Origin: Ophelia neglecta
Lineage: Eukaryota
DNA: 64,000 bases
Direction: 5' to 3'
Assembly: GCA_965285935.1 (NCBI GenBank)
Contig: OZ260664.1
Span: 68,200,001-68,264,000, forward strand
In this document: piece by piece, positions 12,401 through 27,600 of the stretch
Layout: every line of letters begins with the position of its first letter
Numbering within the stretch: the stretch's first letter is position 1
Made by a program: the position numbers and the translations under genes
Notes under the pieces: generated by a model
Database searches by the model: none
The model's input: the letters and a program-made list of their open reading frames with translations, nothing else
What the model was told of the DNA's origin: nothing

Positions 12401-15400
12401 AGAAGCGCCATCATTTACCCAAAAACGTTGTCCACTTGGTGTCACGGTTTGTTATACTATGTCATCTCTTTAAAAACAAAACCCACAACGGCAAGTACAT
12501 CCAAACACATTCGAAACTAATTAAACCAACAGTGTTGAACAAGATATTGTGCCAATTTGTTTCCAAAAAAAAAAAAACGTTAACACACAATAAAAACTCC
12601 ACGTTTGGTAATGATGTATATATGTATACATACGAAAGATATAGCAGATTTTGAAACATATTGAAAGGCAACGGATATTTCGATCCTCCTAAGTTTTATT
12701 TTTCTGTTCAGATTTGTTTTCTTTCGCATGACCTCCCTTTTGCAAAAATGTTCACAGGTCAAACTTACCACCAATAATGACTCCCCCATTTTTAACTCAT
12801 GCTCTGAAACATGAAGCGTTACTTATTATGACAAACACTGGCCAACATGTGGCTTAAAATCAATAACGTAGGCAAGACCGACAGTCATTCGGAGTCGTGT
12901 GTTTGGGACATGTATTCCAGCCCAGAGAAATTAACTGTTTACAAATCAAAGGTTATATTAAATAAGACATAGATGTGAAGAAAGGCCGCATGCATGAGAT
13001 ATGAGAAGAAATGGCTGACACACGAAACAGAATCGTGAATACAAAATAGTTCATTCAATATGTCCTAAATCATATGTCATAAAGTCAGAAGACAATCATT
13101 CTATTTTAATGTGTTACGATTTGAACTAAGCGTAGTCGAAATATCAGTTATAATTACTCGTAGGGTCTTTTGTTATCTCTTAGTGTGAAGCGAAATATTG
13201 ATACTCATTAAATAACACTAGTAATTTGCTGAGCAAAAGACTGGGGTGCAAGCCAGAATTAAAAAAAATCAGTGACCTAAAAGAACACAATACTTGGTCG
13301 ATAGTTATCAGGAGTAGTCAACATGCTCATGTCAATGCTCATATAATTACTGAGATTCTTCTGTATATTTATTAGGTATACAGTTTTGTTATAGACAGTA
13401 CCCTATAACAGGAGCATTTTCGAAGATAACTTCTTGTTCTCTGACTGAATTTTCCATTTACTTTTTTGTTACAGGCGTTATAAAAGCTTTTGATATCACA
13501 CACTAAGCCACCACTAATTTATCTCAATAGTACATGAATGGAAACTAAGGAAATTGTACTGAACAAAAGTGCCCCCCCCCCCCCCCCAAATATTACCGAT
13601 GGGTTACTTTTAGAGGGGGCTGGCTCAAAGACTTTTAGGAAAACACAGAAATCTAGACAATGTCATATATCAATCAAAGTTTCTTAAATTACCATTTACG
13701 CTTGATCTAAAACTTCCAAATGGTGGCCATGTGCGTGTCCGTGTGCACGTATTACCTCCGGAAAAAAAACAAGTAGATTATACAATTACAATAATACCGC
13801 TGCTTTTATAAATGTAAGTTTTAAGTGATAAACGTGTTAGCCTGATTCAAAATATTTCAAACTGTTTATAATGTGCCTTTGTCATAAATAGCAAAATCCA
13901 ATTTCGTGACAATTTCTTCGGTGATTAAGCGTCCCTCTTCTGTTTGACGTATTTCCATGTCCAGGCGATGTTGTCTGGCATTAGGAAAGAGCAGAGTTAA
14001 AAGAGGTGCCTCGGGCTGGAGCCGAGGGTAAAATGAAATGTGGCCTTAGCATCTCACGATGTTTCTGTCAGATTATAGATCGATGGGCATGTTAATGTAA
14101 TAGCGACTTAAAAAGTTACGAAAGGCCTTGAATGGCAAAATAAGATAATATAAACTTAAAGTACCCAACGATGTTCATTTATGACTTTAAAGCCCTCCAG
14201 ATGGAGAAACACAAATATCAAAGCTTACATTTCGACCGGAAAATCTTTAAGAGATTTAACCCCGTTTATGTGTCTTCACGTGTTTGATCATAATGGTGCT
14301 CGTTGGCTGATAACTCTACTCGCCTTTACAATGGCATAGTTGTTATGCACTTATTATGATCTTTTCTGATCTGTCATATCCAAGTTGGCGTCTGAGAAGT
14401 ATCCTTTCTGACTAATCACGCTTATTTTCTCTTTCAGTGACACGTGTATTTGATAAGGCGTGCAATTCCACTCTCGCTGCAACTGTCTCTCACATGCAAA
14501 AGCGGGTTCGACGAGCATGTTCAAATACACTTGCCTATCACAACGACGAACAACTGTCGCGAGACACATGGAATTTTACAAGAACAGGAGGCCCCAGGTA
14601 TAATCATTGTTGAAACCATCCTAAACGCACCTGAAAAAAAAAGTACTCTGGAGAATAATGCTAGAAATGAATTATCCAATTCATTTTGAATCACGCACAC
14701 TTTGAATGATCTATGTTCAAACCGAGTGCACACATTGAATACTATCTTAGTCACTTTTGACAATTATAGTCTTAAAATGACGTAATGAGGCGATTCTCAA
14801 AATGATTTTACTGTAAATGAGAATATTCTGGCGAGTGTAGTGCCTGTGTAAAAACGTCAGCGTATCCGTTATAACATGACTTATGCGACAAAACATCTTT
14901 CAGAGGTGAGCGATCCGTGCCATTTACAGACAGAGAAAATAGTTAAACTCCAATCTAGAACGTACAAAATTTATATATTTAATATATATAACTACTACTT
15001 ACTCCTCATTATCATATCTAATATAATGCCAAGAACGTGCTTTCGTAAATTTGTAAAAGTCTTACGTAACTTTGGCCATATTTTTCTATCATGAAAGTTT
15101 ACTATTATTTTGATCTCAGCGGGACTGTACGTGTTGCCTCTGTAAGAGTTGATTCATTTCTGGCTGAATTTAACGGGGACATGTAGCCCTGGTTTCAAAA
15201 TTACTGACCCATGATTCCCAAATCTGCAGGTTAAAAGGGTATTTTTTCTAATTCACCAGTAAATATTCCACCAATGTATCTAAATATAACACTGGCCTTG
15301 TGGACTTGTGGAATCCAATTAAGGATTTCATTATGCTCGGGGAGTGTCAAATACGATTAATGACTGTCCTTTAGACTGTTCATGTGTAGGTTCAAGGTGA

Positions 15401-18400
15401 CATTGTTTTAACACCACAGGGTAAAAACCAACAATGGCGTTTCGTGATCAGTTCCGCCCATTCTAGGGCTAGGGGCCATTTGCATCTGCATGGCACTGAT
15501 ATGTAATCGTATGTTGGAGATGCACATTGTCAGTCACAATAAAATCATGACTGGTTCACTTTACATTGAATAAATTATATAGTACTATACAGAACATTTA
15601 ATACCATTTCCTCTTTAGTATTTTGGGACTTTAACACCCCATTGTGATTACTGAGACACATTTTTCTATAATGTCTAACTATTTTTATAAATCTCACACC
15701 GCCAAAGCCTCTCTTGGGTCATATCTCATCTCAGTTATACTTTGAACCATGACTGTTTGTAGAGTAATCTGACTGGCACCATGAAAACTATTGTTTACGT
15801 CTCATTGCAACTTTTCGAATATTTAATATTGTAATATGCCGTAAGAATTGAAGGTGGACTATGCTCCTTTATCAATTTGCGAGTTGTTACTGCATTAATT
15901 TTGTTTTCGGGAAGTCCAGTGAATTAAACTAAAGAGACATTAATTCATTTACTTTGCTACCGATTAACTGAACAATTCATATACCAACATGGTATAATTC
16001 ATTTTAAACGCAAACCATTTGAAGGATCCAGATAGTTCTCTCACTACTAGTTTACTGAATGTCACAACTTGCACAAATGGAAGAAGGAAAACAATAGTGC
16101 AAATGATTAATGATGGCCTGTGAACTACGCCTTAGTGACTATTGAAATTTCTTTAACGGGATGAACGTGCGATTAAAGCATACAGTTGTTATAACAAGTG
16201 CAGGATGCCTGTCATTGGCTAATTACAGTGCATTTAATCTCCCGTATATTTGTTTTTGCTTTGCATTTTTTTTTTTTTTGCTGTTTGTGGCGGGGGTATT
16301 GTGGACGTAGCTTCTTACTTCCGGTTCCTGGTGCTTTTGGAACGATTGATGCTGATTCCTGGTGTTTTAAATGACTAATGTTAATTTTGCTTTGTCGGCC
16401 AGATATGCACTGCCTTTTACTTAGATTACCCCCCCCCCTCCCCCTCCCCCGACTAACGTGGAAGGTGATTATTAAACAGCAAAGGCCGTTTGTATGTACC
16501 TATCATTATTATGCCTATACTCTTTATGGAAAGACAACACATCGTGCTGTGACAGGTTTAATGAGGACAATAACAAAGATAAGTACCAGCCAAATGCTTG
16601 ACGCCTTCTTGTCATTCCAAAATGCATTCATCAACCCTTTGTTTTAACCGGCTGATGCGGTATTTGGCGTTCGTGGACATGAGGCGACAGGTCGGGACAG
16701 CTTTCTGCTTCCATGTTGTGGTTTATCTATAGTCCTTCTAATCCGTTTGGTCTAACAGTAATGGAATGACTGCCGCCCTAACTCTCCAACAAGAAACTTA
16801 GCCAGAACCAGAAAAAGCAGCAATGCCTATCGTATTTCTTTTCAAAAATGTCCTGCTCGATAAACCGGTTTGCTTGGATACATTAGGTCCAGAATATTAA
16901 TGTGAAAATGAAGGACGTCCCTTTGCTTATCCATAAAGCAAGATTCCGACCTTATCAAATCGTTGTCAATCAACCAGAAACTATCGAGGGCCGAGAAAAA
17001 CAAATCTTCGGCGGAGGAGGGGGGTGGGGGTAGGGTAATGCATTGGCCTCATCAATTATTGCTACAGTGATGGTTTTCCATACTTATTATGAGTGTATGG
17101 TATCAAAAATGAAAAATACTCTGAGCAATTGTTCGTAAATTACGTTACTAAAGACACTGTTGTTTACATGCTTATTTTGCGGTACGTTCTACCATGTATA
17201 TCTCCTTATGTGCGTAAGTATTTATAAGTGGCTCTGTTTTCAAGAAGTGTCACACATTGAATTGAAGAACTGAAAGACACCACTTATAGAACACCACAAC
17301 ACCCCAACGAATACGTAAGATTGATTTCACCTCTGATTGATGGCATTTCTCAGAACATCTTTAAGCTTTCTACAAAAAAGTCAGTACACAGATCTAAATT
17401 ATCCATATAACAGAGGAAAAACAGTCCCAAATGTAGTTTATGGGATTTATGTCGTTGCATGCTGATTTAATTAAAGCAATATGGAATGCAACGATGGCAA
17501 TAAGCAGACAATGAGTGGTTGTAGACATCAGTTGTCATTCGCAATGGTACTGCCATTTGAATAATGCATGCAAATTGTTCTATTAATTATTTACTCTAAT
17601 AATGATAAATTAAAATTAAAGGAGGATTGAAGTATGCTGACACATCATCCACAGTGTTAAATAGACACGTTTAATTAAATAAGCATGAAAGTGTAAAACG
17701 AGCATTAAATCTCAGATGACATGCTTTGCTACAAGGAAATGTCTTAAAGACATATATTGAAAGACTCAATAGTTTGTGACAGTCTAATGTGAACGTATTA
17801 TGTTCTTATAGACTCTGTTATCACTCTCATCTGCACATTAAATGTTGAATGTTGGTCCAATTTTATGAGCAAAAAGTCCATTAACATTACAAGGAGGCGA
17901 TTTCCAATGCACGCTCTGGATCATATTTCATCTATAACTTCGAACAGTGATATTTTTATACGTTAGGCGAACAAGTATGCTTGCCTTATGGAATATTACT
18001 TTATCCCTTATCGATGCATAAATGACAATGACGGAATTTTCCAGTCAAATGTGGTTGAACACCAATTTCGCTGGTCGGGTGTCTTGGTTGCATATTAATG
18101 ATTCGGCTAACCTTCTTGACAGATACGTTACAGTGTACGATGGCATACCAACTGACAAACAATTAATGGCGTTCCGAAAAAAATGTAGCCCAAGAAGAAA
18201 AACTTACTGACCAGACTTCGTTTCCAATAACGCACAAATCGCAGGGAGCGGCCAAATTAGGACAAACAACTTCACCTAAGACTAAAAAGCTACACGTGGC
18301 CTAAAGTCCTTTTTGAGGAAGTGCCGGGCAGTTCTGACAACAGAGTGAAAACAAGAATCAATTTAGACTGCATTAAAATCGCCACTGTCAAAATTAAACT

Positions 18401-19614
18401 GCAATGGGTGTTATCTATAAAGTAGGGAGTGGATATCCAGCAGATAAAGCCATGAAGTTATTGTCAAGACTGGTCCCATAAACCTGCCCGAAATCATCAG
18501 GTACCAGCAGTCACAGCCCCACACATATCAATAAAGCTCCCCAACACTAAACAAACCTGAAATGAAATAAAACATTCCAAATAAATTGTTGATATTACCT
18601 GCAATAATAGGTAGTCAACAGATAAAGAAAGCCAGTCTATTTATCTGAGGGACCCGTGTGTTGAACAACAAAGCTGTTTATAAATAATTTGAGTACATGT
18701 AGACGACCTGACCTAGTACTATTTCTGTAGTCCAATTTTATCAAGACCATGACTTTAAAACTGGAGAATCTAAGACATGACTGGAACTAAATGACGCATA
18801 ATACACACTTCGTGTTAAATGGAAATGTAGTTTACACATTTCGCCACGGGAGACATGCACAAAGTCGATCAGGCAAAGGACGCTGAGGTAGGACCGCTTT
18901 TTCTCAATGAAAAAGCAGTGAATAGTATTTCCATGGCACTAATTGAATTTAGCAAATGCATAGGCGTCTGTTTACTCACCACAGTGCGTGTCGAAAATAA
19001 ACGAGCAATGAGAAATCCTGCATCAAGAAGCATCGAGTTAACGTGTCTAGGAATACTATGCAGTAGCGAAGAAGTCTACATCCTATTATTGCTAGCATTA
19101 CATCCATCAACTAATTGTTAAAGAACCCTACGCCTTGTAATTGGATGCCGCGAGAATACACTAGTTTATGCATTGCTTTATTTTCACAAACAAACGTAGA
19201 GTACCAACATAAATAGTCTCAATACTGTAATATAGGTTTCCAAATCACATTGAAATACATATACATCAAAGTAATTTAAAATATACTTGCATTTAAAGGG
19301 AACAACGGGCGATTACGTATCAGGGGCCGTCGATGCCCGTATATTATTGTTATCGGTTCCTATATGGGTTATATTACACCCGATAGTTTGTATGCATTGC
19401 AGTGTCAAAGAACGAATTTGGAATTTTAAGCGTCATGTTATCTTCACACCTTCTGGTTGCTCGCGCTTGTCTCGGTGGTCGTCATATTTGCCAACAAGGG
19501 AGAGTGAGTGATTATAGTGTCAAGGCCAAAACCTCTGAACTTTCCCATGATCGGGTTCACATCTCGCCTATTATCTGTCACACAAGGTCATTGTCAGCAC
19601 AAGGTAGTGAAACC

Positions 19615-21150
19615 ATGACGTTGGCATATGACAGAAATCAACTGATTTCAGTCAGAAGGCTGGTAACCAGCAACAGTCAGGTACTGTCTGACAGTAGGAC
19701 AAGGAGAAATCATTGAGTAGTCCAGTGTAGTAATAAGATCCTGGTTGTTACTGGACTCGTAAGTGATAAAAAACTTTATAATGTATGTAGGACTAGAGTT
19801 TAAACCAATAGTATTGTCCCAGTTCCCATTATTGTCAGATTACAGCCCTGATTACTCCTTTTGACCTCAGTTTGAAACGACCTATTGAAGGTCTAGGAGT
19901 CGGTGCCCCAAATCTGGTTTCTATAAACATCCAAAGAGTTGCCGACCAAGGGTTGGTGACTGAACTGCGCTCAAGCGTGAACATGGGATTACTTAATGCA
20001 CAGTCCAATCAAATCAGGATGAATGGTATCCATGAGGCATGTATTGAGCATGACATCAATATTTTGGCTCTCACTGATATGTGGGTGACTTCCCAGGAGA
20101 GAGAGAGAGAGGTTCTATGTTAAAGTTGCTAGGTTACAATTTCCACCACATTCCACCTGATGGTTACAGAAGCTATGGCAGGGTTTGTTTCCTATATAGA
20201 ACGGCTTTTGAGATCGCAAAGAAAACAATAGTTCCACGGTAGTCATTTGAAAACTGTCAGTTTGAAATCCTGTCAGGGTGAAATGTTCTTGATCTCACTG
20301 TAATCTACAGACCACTTCCATTCAAAAGAATAGATTATCAGTGAGTCAGTACTTCGAGGAGTTCTCCATTTTCGTACAGACAAAATCGCTTAACAGTAGA
20401 CCATTATTCAGGATGTTCAGATTGGTGACATGCGGTGTTTTGTTCCCTTCAAGGGTGGTATACACAACCTGGCTCTATAAGTAGAATTATATCTGTCAAA
20501 AGATATCAAGCTATCAGCCTTGGCCTATTTAAGGAAGAGTTCATGGCACCATTTCAGACAGATCTGCCATCACCTGTCACTTCAGATCTTGTTCATGCAT
20601 ATCATATTGCTCTGACCTCTGTGTTGGACAGGCATGCACCGGTATCAGCCTAGTTGCAACAAGGCTAACTAGATACATGAACGATAACATCCTACACGAT
20701 AGCATCCAGTCAGCTTTAAATCCCGGTCATAGTACGTCGACTTCTTTAACCAAGGTCCATAGAAACAAAATAATGTCATTGATTCAACAGGGATTGGTCA
20801 TCCTGGTCTTATTAGATCTTAGTGCGTCAGTTGACACTATTGTCCACATCCTCCTCCTTCATCAAATGAAAAACGGGTTTGGAATCCACGAAAATGTTCT
20901 CAAGCGGCTGAACTCCTATTTGTCTGGTTGAAAACAATGTTCAAAAATCTTGGATAGCTCGGTATGCCGCGTGTTTTGTCAGAGTCGGTTCCACAGGGAT
21001 CTTTATAACGGCCGTTGCTATTCCTCATACACATTTTATCTCTAGGTGATATCATTCGTCGTCAAGGGCTTGAACTCTATATATGCAGAAAATACACCGG
21101 TTTATTTCTAAGTCAGACCTATTCACCAGCTAGCTATGGATATGGCTGTG
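19615..21150 (+). mobile_element. Degenerate, internally deleted L2/CR1-group LINE (ORF2 endonuclease and reverse transcriptase relics)
   Basis: Colinear broken motifs: YDRNQLISVR; GLLNAQS...ILALTDMW and IYRP (APE endonuclease); VLDRHAP; QSA..PGHSTSTSLTKV; LVLLDLSASVDTIVH; VPQGS...PLLF near 20990; decayed YADD region near 21085. Many stops and frameshifts. Confidence 0.85.
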
Positions 21151-24100
21151 GCACGCATTGCCGGAGCAGCAGCATCGAACCATATAGCGCAGCGCCGTAT
21201 ACAGAGACCCTATTTATATATTTTTCGATATTGTGAATAATCAATTATTACGAATGGGGAAACGTATTTTACACTTGGTTAACCCAGTGTTTTGTATTAA
21301 AACGATGCCTTTGGCGTAGGTAATTTAAATTTTATCTGCCTTATAACCATTTCCGGAGAAGTAATGTTCCAACCATAGTAAGCCTAGAAACCAAGCGTTG
21401 GTTTCACGCGACTTTTTATATCCCAGCATCCATCTTGATGCAAAAAATAGCAAACAGACTAGATAATATTTTGCATCTGTTGACCTTCAACACTCGCGCC
21501 TTATGTTATGAGGATGCTTTATAACTAAGGCGGGAGTTCATACCAACATCAAAAACAGTTTGTGCTTTGTTTACAGAATGTACTACATTAAGGTCCGTCT
21601 TAGCGAGTAAATCCAAGTCTTGAGTGGAGGTAGTCTGTGTCAGTTTTTCTATGATAACGTGAGGTAAGTGGCAAGGATAGTTAATCATACCAAGAAAGTA
21701 TATCAATATGGATTTTGGTTAAAACTGCTGATATTCCGTGTTAATAAAAGGCAAGCTAGAAAGGCAACATATTAATGTGGAATTAAAATGCGTTAGATTT
21801 ATTTTTATTGAAATTTTAAAAGAAGTGCGGATCTGTAGTACTTAGATTTAAATTTTCTGACAGTCGATCCCAAAATCACATGTTCCAAGCGATGTTCGCT
21901 ACATTATCCCCTTAAGATATCACTAATCAAAACCACTGTTAGATATGTTTTATGAACAGTTTTACGGCTAGAAAGATGCACTTGGTACGATTTGTTTTCT
22001 CCCTTTAGCTTCATATGTGACCAAGGTAATCATATATACTATATATATACTATTATTTTTTTTTCGAATAGTTCGAATGAGAGCCTATTGCTGCTTTCAT
22101 ATGATATACACCGGTAGTTTACTCAGATAAAATAAGTCGATAAAAATCATATTAGCTGGTCAGGCCTATATTTCCCTACGCTTTTACAGATTGGGATATA
22201 TAACTGCATCAATTTGTCACTTAGCTGACGTTCTGAAGGCGCATATGCCTCGAAAATTCGGTTTGCTTCAATTACCAAACAATTCCGACGTTTAGCATCT
22301 CCTTAATTGAAAACCTGACACCAATCCTTTCAAAGCAGGAAAGTGATTGAGGGCAAAAACGGGGGATACACAAGATTCACCATTTCCTTAATTGAAACCA
22401 AATATAAAACTTAGTCCCTTTGCTATCGATTCGAAACCATCCACACATGTTGAAAATACATGTACAAGTGGTTGAAATAAAGAACTTTGACATCACTGAA
22501 GTAAATAATTGGTTCACCGATCATGAGGTCCTAGGAAGCTATAACTCGATATTTTAATCTTAAAATGTAAGTATGTCATCTACAATCACATACCAAAACG
22601 TACAGCATACAGCGGTATTCGAAAGCTGTGTCTGCTGATGAACATTTCAAAAGGTCGGTTTACCAAATAGTTTATAGTATGTATGAAATCGACACCGATT
22701 TGCTGGTAGTAATTGCCTGTTATGCCTCTAGAGTCCAGAAGTGATACCTTAATTGAATTAAGCTTAACAAGAATGAATTCTCTGAGAGGGTTTAATCCTA
22801 AACAAAACTTGATTTATTTCTTTCAAGAATTTTACCTATGGAATATTTATTCAAATGGTCTAAATCAATGGTCAAGGGCTAATAAAATAGTTTCTCATTG
22901 ATCTTGAAAAGAGCTACCCATTTCATAATCTACTAAGTCGCATTAAGGTCCACATTAAATTTTCCTCTTAATAGGTGTAATTTTAAACACTTGCTTTTAG
23001 AAGATAAGTAAATAACTCGCAACTGCCGAAGCAGAAGTGAAACGTGTATTGAAAAAAACGTTGTTTTGACTGTGTGGAAATGCCCTATATGGTGAATTCT
23101 CGAAAATCGGTTATAGCTACTTAACATTTATATTTCAATTTCTGATCTTATAATATTCTAATATTAATAGCATTTTTAAACAGTACAAAAGGTGTAACGA
23201 AAGCAAGAAAGAGAAATACCGACGGTGTTATTAATTCAGACAAGCACTGATCCCTGGGGTAAGGGATACAGCATTCCCTGAAAGAATATTCTCGCGTTCA
23301 GAACTTTGTCCACTTTGAAAATAAATTTAGTTTATATATTCCACAAAATTCTAAAATTGCCGATAAAAACGAATGGTTAGGATCGTATCCCCTTCAAGGT
23401 ATTTCATATGGTGCTCATATTAACTCACGGTGAGCTTTGAAATCAAAGTGGGAAATGTGGTTTAACGCTTTTGACTCAACGTAGTCTACTTATGTATTTT
23501 CGCGGCAGTGCCATGCTACAAGAATGGCAGCTGTAAACTGTGCCCTGTGGTGTTCTCATTTGGAAACTTAAACTAAGCATCACCGTACGGAGCCCAAGTT
23601 TCCTTATCTCCGGCGGCATTTGTGCGAAAGGAAGTTTTTGTTGTATCCCAAATGGCACGGTTGGCATTTTGAATTCATGGTATGAAAAACGTCTACCTTG
23701 CTTTATGCATTCCATCTTTTCTGTGCCTTGCGTTTCGTCTCTTATCTGTACAGCCGTAATTGCCCTAAATCTATATGAGATTTTTAGCCATCTGTTATTA
23801 TGAGCCGCCTATTTGGCTCTCCTGATACGCTAGTGTTAAAAACGATAAAATTCAAATGAACCTTTTTTTTTTGTAAATGCAATTCTTCTGTGGATAGTGT
23901 TCATGAAAATATCTTTTAAGCATATCGAACTCGTATTTACTTGTGAAAGCGCTTTTATGACTAGTTTGCTGAAGGATGAGAAGTTGCGCATAGCCAGATT
24001 TAGATGATTTTTTCCAGCTGATCGTGATGTGTTAGCGCGTTGTAAGTCAGCTAGTGTTTTACCTTGAAGAAGGTGGAAGTATATTTCTGATTTAGGTCAC

Positions 24101-24479
24101 TAAAATGATCAATATCTGCCAAAAAGAATCAGGTAATAGAGGGAGAACCACGCGATACACGTCAATGTTGGTTCCAATATACATGCAAGCATCCTAAAAC
24201 ACATGGCTTGAAGAAAAGTCGTTTTGTGTTTGTATTTATACAATAATTTATCCTAAACTAGTGTAATGTGTACCAATTTTTTAACTGATATTTACCAGAA
24301 ACTAAGACTAATAAATGTAAAGTACATGGTTGATGGCTATATCTATTACATTGCCCTTTTGGACCGAAGCGCGTTTTACATATTGACATAATTCGATTCG
24401 TATGTTTTATGTAATAACTAAACCCAGAGAATGAGGGAAGACATTTTGTTCTTCCCCTTTTTCCTTATTCCTATAGCTA

Positions 24480-24645
24480 TGTTAATGCAAGCAACTATTT
24501 CACTTGCACGAACGCGTTTGTATATGTCAGAAGGCTTTTATTGCACATGTAACAACCGGTGGTCTCAGCGGGGTTTGAACTCACTACCCTTGGTTCTCCA
24601 GCCAACAACTCTACCAAGTTTGCCCAAGGGGTTACCCCCCTAGCC
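24480..24645 (-). mobile_element. tRNA-derived SINE-like element
   Basis: On the - strand: A-box-like TGGGCAAACTTGGTAGAG (24626-24609) and B-box-like GAGTTCAAACCC (24582-24571) at tRNA spacing. No intact cloverleaf; the 3' boundary is uncertain. Confidence 0.6.
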
Positions 24646-27600
24646 AAGCTAGTAGGAGTGTTGTGATCATGCACCAGTGGCCATGACCTGCTCATACATC
24701 TCTGTTACACACATATTATCTTTGTATTGAATAGGACTCTTCGGTTCATTATCGTATGAAGAAAAAGAGATATCCATTATGAAGAATGCCTGTTTAAAAG
24801 CGTCTTCCCACTATAACCGAAACATGACCGTATTATAATCTTTTTTACAAATAAGTTGGAAATGTTAAGCAAAACTTAGAGGACATTAACTTGACAGTTT
24901 ATTTCAACAAACATCGGAAGCAAGGCGACACCTGACAGTTAAAAACTGGCAGAGGAAGTTGCAACGCAGGAAGCAATTTCCTGCCCGGTGGTGGATGGTA
25001 AACTCGTGTACGAAGTGCCTTGGACAAATGTTTATAGGATAAAGTTGCCTTTTTGCCATATTATTGACGGTATACAACAGTCATTACGACCAGTTATTAT
25101 GGGTCTTTGAGAGATATGATGATGCATAGTAATATTTAGTCAGCTAATGAAGACTAGACACGTGTGAACCCCAGACTTGTTATGATTAAATCTGGGTTTG
25201 AGATAAATTTATCCTTAAACGAATGAAATAAAAGCACCATTAAAACAACGGCTGTCACCGACAGTCTTATATAAGCGCAACGATGGTTAATGTGCTACTA
25301 TTTCTCACCTTGGGAATACTTTCGCATAACACAACGTTTTGAGCGATATCTTAAGTCGTTGTCAATGTTTGCAATTTTGACAAGTCATTCGGTGAAGCCT
25401 TTGATTATTGAAACGGATTTGGATCCTCTTATCAAAGTACCCTGTCATTTCCAGTGAAGCATAAATCCAGGGTGATTGTTAGTTTTACATGTTATGAACT
25501 TTTGATGGAACACAGACTATATATCAATTAAATGACTCAGTTGGTAACCCATAGTATTAAATATAGTTACTATTTACAGGCTGTGTAATACCAGATTTCA
25601 ACCCCGGCGCATTAAATAGATGACTCAACGATTCTTATCAGAAGAAAAATAGGCACACGAGTGAAATTGACTCAGAAAGAACTGCCGATTTATAACCAGA
25701 TTACATGGCATTGTTATACCGTGAAAATGTCACTTGGTGTCCAAAGAAAGAGCACAATGTGATCTACTATATGTCAACAATTAAGGTGATTATACCAGCC
25801 GTTCTTGTCGTGCTCTTTTTTCGAGTTATTTTTTGCCTGAAATGGATGAGGACATTTTCCGCTTCATTCCGGCTCCGTTGTTCCAGGTAATTTTGTCCAC
25901 CTCAAAAATGTGATACTATTATAATTATGATCTACTGTTTTTTATAGTATCATGAAAAAATTGATGTCATATTTTAAATATGTATAACAGTAATAATTAT
26001 GGTCCTGACATTAAAGTACTAAGAGTCGATAATAGGGTGATGACGCACGAAAAACCCTTGCCGATTACTTCGAAAGCAATATCTACTTGTTTTTCTAAGG
26101 CTTTTTTAAACCATATTGCTTATGATATCAACGAGACAGTCTTTTATCCCGAACCAGGTGTATACATCTCTATATTGATCAGCTCATGGGCTTCATGCGA
26201 AGAGCTAAATAAGAAATGCCTGCCATAACCAATTGCCGAGGAGAACATATTTAGTCCAATACACGCAAGTCAAAAACAAACTCAAACTGTAATAGATGCA
26301 CTAGTTAAGTGATAAAAACTAATTAGAAATGAAAGTTATGTTATTGAAACGTACAACTACAAGCATTTTGAGAGAAAAACCGGGTAGTGGACGATATCCT
26401 CCGAGCCTATATACCAGAATCATACAAAATGCCCTAGTTTAGCATGCGTCATTTAAGGCCGATGGCACATATAGACACATGTATATTTATTTAAGTAAAC
26501 TGTTTTTCTTCTCCGTAAGTTATCTGTTATCTTGATAACGTCTTTTACAATAACAGAAGCTATTTACCAGTTATAACCGAAAACAATCATCCTGGTTTCA
26601 CAACTTAAACACTGCGGCCTGCTCAACTGTAAATCAGCGCTGAGCATTATATTAATCACACATTTTGATTGTAGTACTGCGCCCGGTTGTGGAGAAATGA
26701 CTGCCTGTTTGCAAAGCGTCAAAAGCAATGATTGACCCTAATTTCCTTGCATTCAGGGTTGTAGTAATTGCCTTTCCTTAAAACCTGTCAAGCTCACATC
26801 ATCCAAAGGAATCATTGCCGAGCCTCTGGTTTAAGGGCCCGTGTCAAGCTTCTGTCGGAGATTCATTTCAAAAACATGCTAGGTTCTCTTCAGTGAGTGC
26901 GTCAGTTTTAAGACGACAAGTCCCCCTTTCCATTTCTACATAAAATGTGCCGCCGGCGACAGGAGGATTCTCTAGCCAAATTCCATTTAAGGATTTTATG
27001 AAAACCACGTGTTATGGAGCATTCCTGGCAACTCACAATGTCGTATATATCCATATCACCTCGCCCGAAGAAGCAGGTGTCATTCACGGCAAGTTACATC
27101 AGCAAACAGAAAAGATCCGATAGCTCCATGTTTAATGTTTAGTTGTTGTCCAGTCAAAATGCAATATCAGAATTGTGGGAAATTACGACCCCCCCCCCTC
27201 CCGAATAACTTATTTTCAAATAAGCTCCTTCCTAAAGTGCTCTTAAAAAATCTTGAAGCAAGCCTATTTAAAGTTTATCAGAACAAACAATGTTTTCAAA
27301 TAATAATACCTTACAGGGTTATTTCTTTTCATGGCAATTTCACCGCCCGTCTCGGGTCTAACTGCAACATTATCGTGGTATTTTTACCAATGACTATTTT
27401 TAACTGGTGAGGCTTCTGTACACGTAAACTATAGTTTTTAAGAGTGTCTTATCATAAGACCATTGTTTACTTATGCCTTACTAAAAATATAGACATTGAC
27501 TTGGGGATTTTGTGCAAACTACTTGTTCGATTGAGGTGTCTGATGGTCTAATACCGGAGCCCTATTCTGGATGACAATAATTCACCGAGCAACTCTCGGA

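Noticed and set aside
24560-24635. Functional tRNA gene
   Set aside because: A and B boxes are degenerate and I could not form acceptor and anticodon stems; a SINE head fits better.
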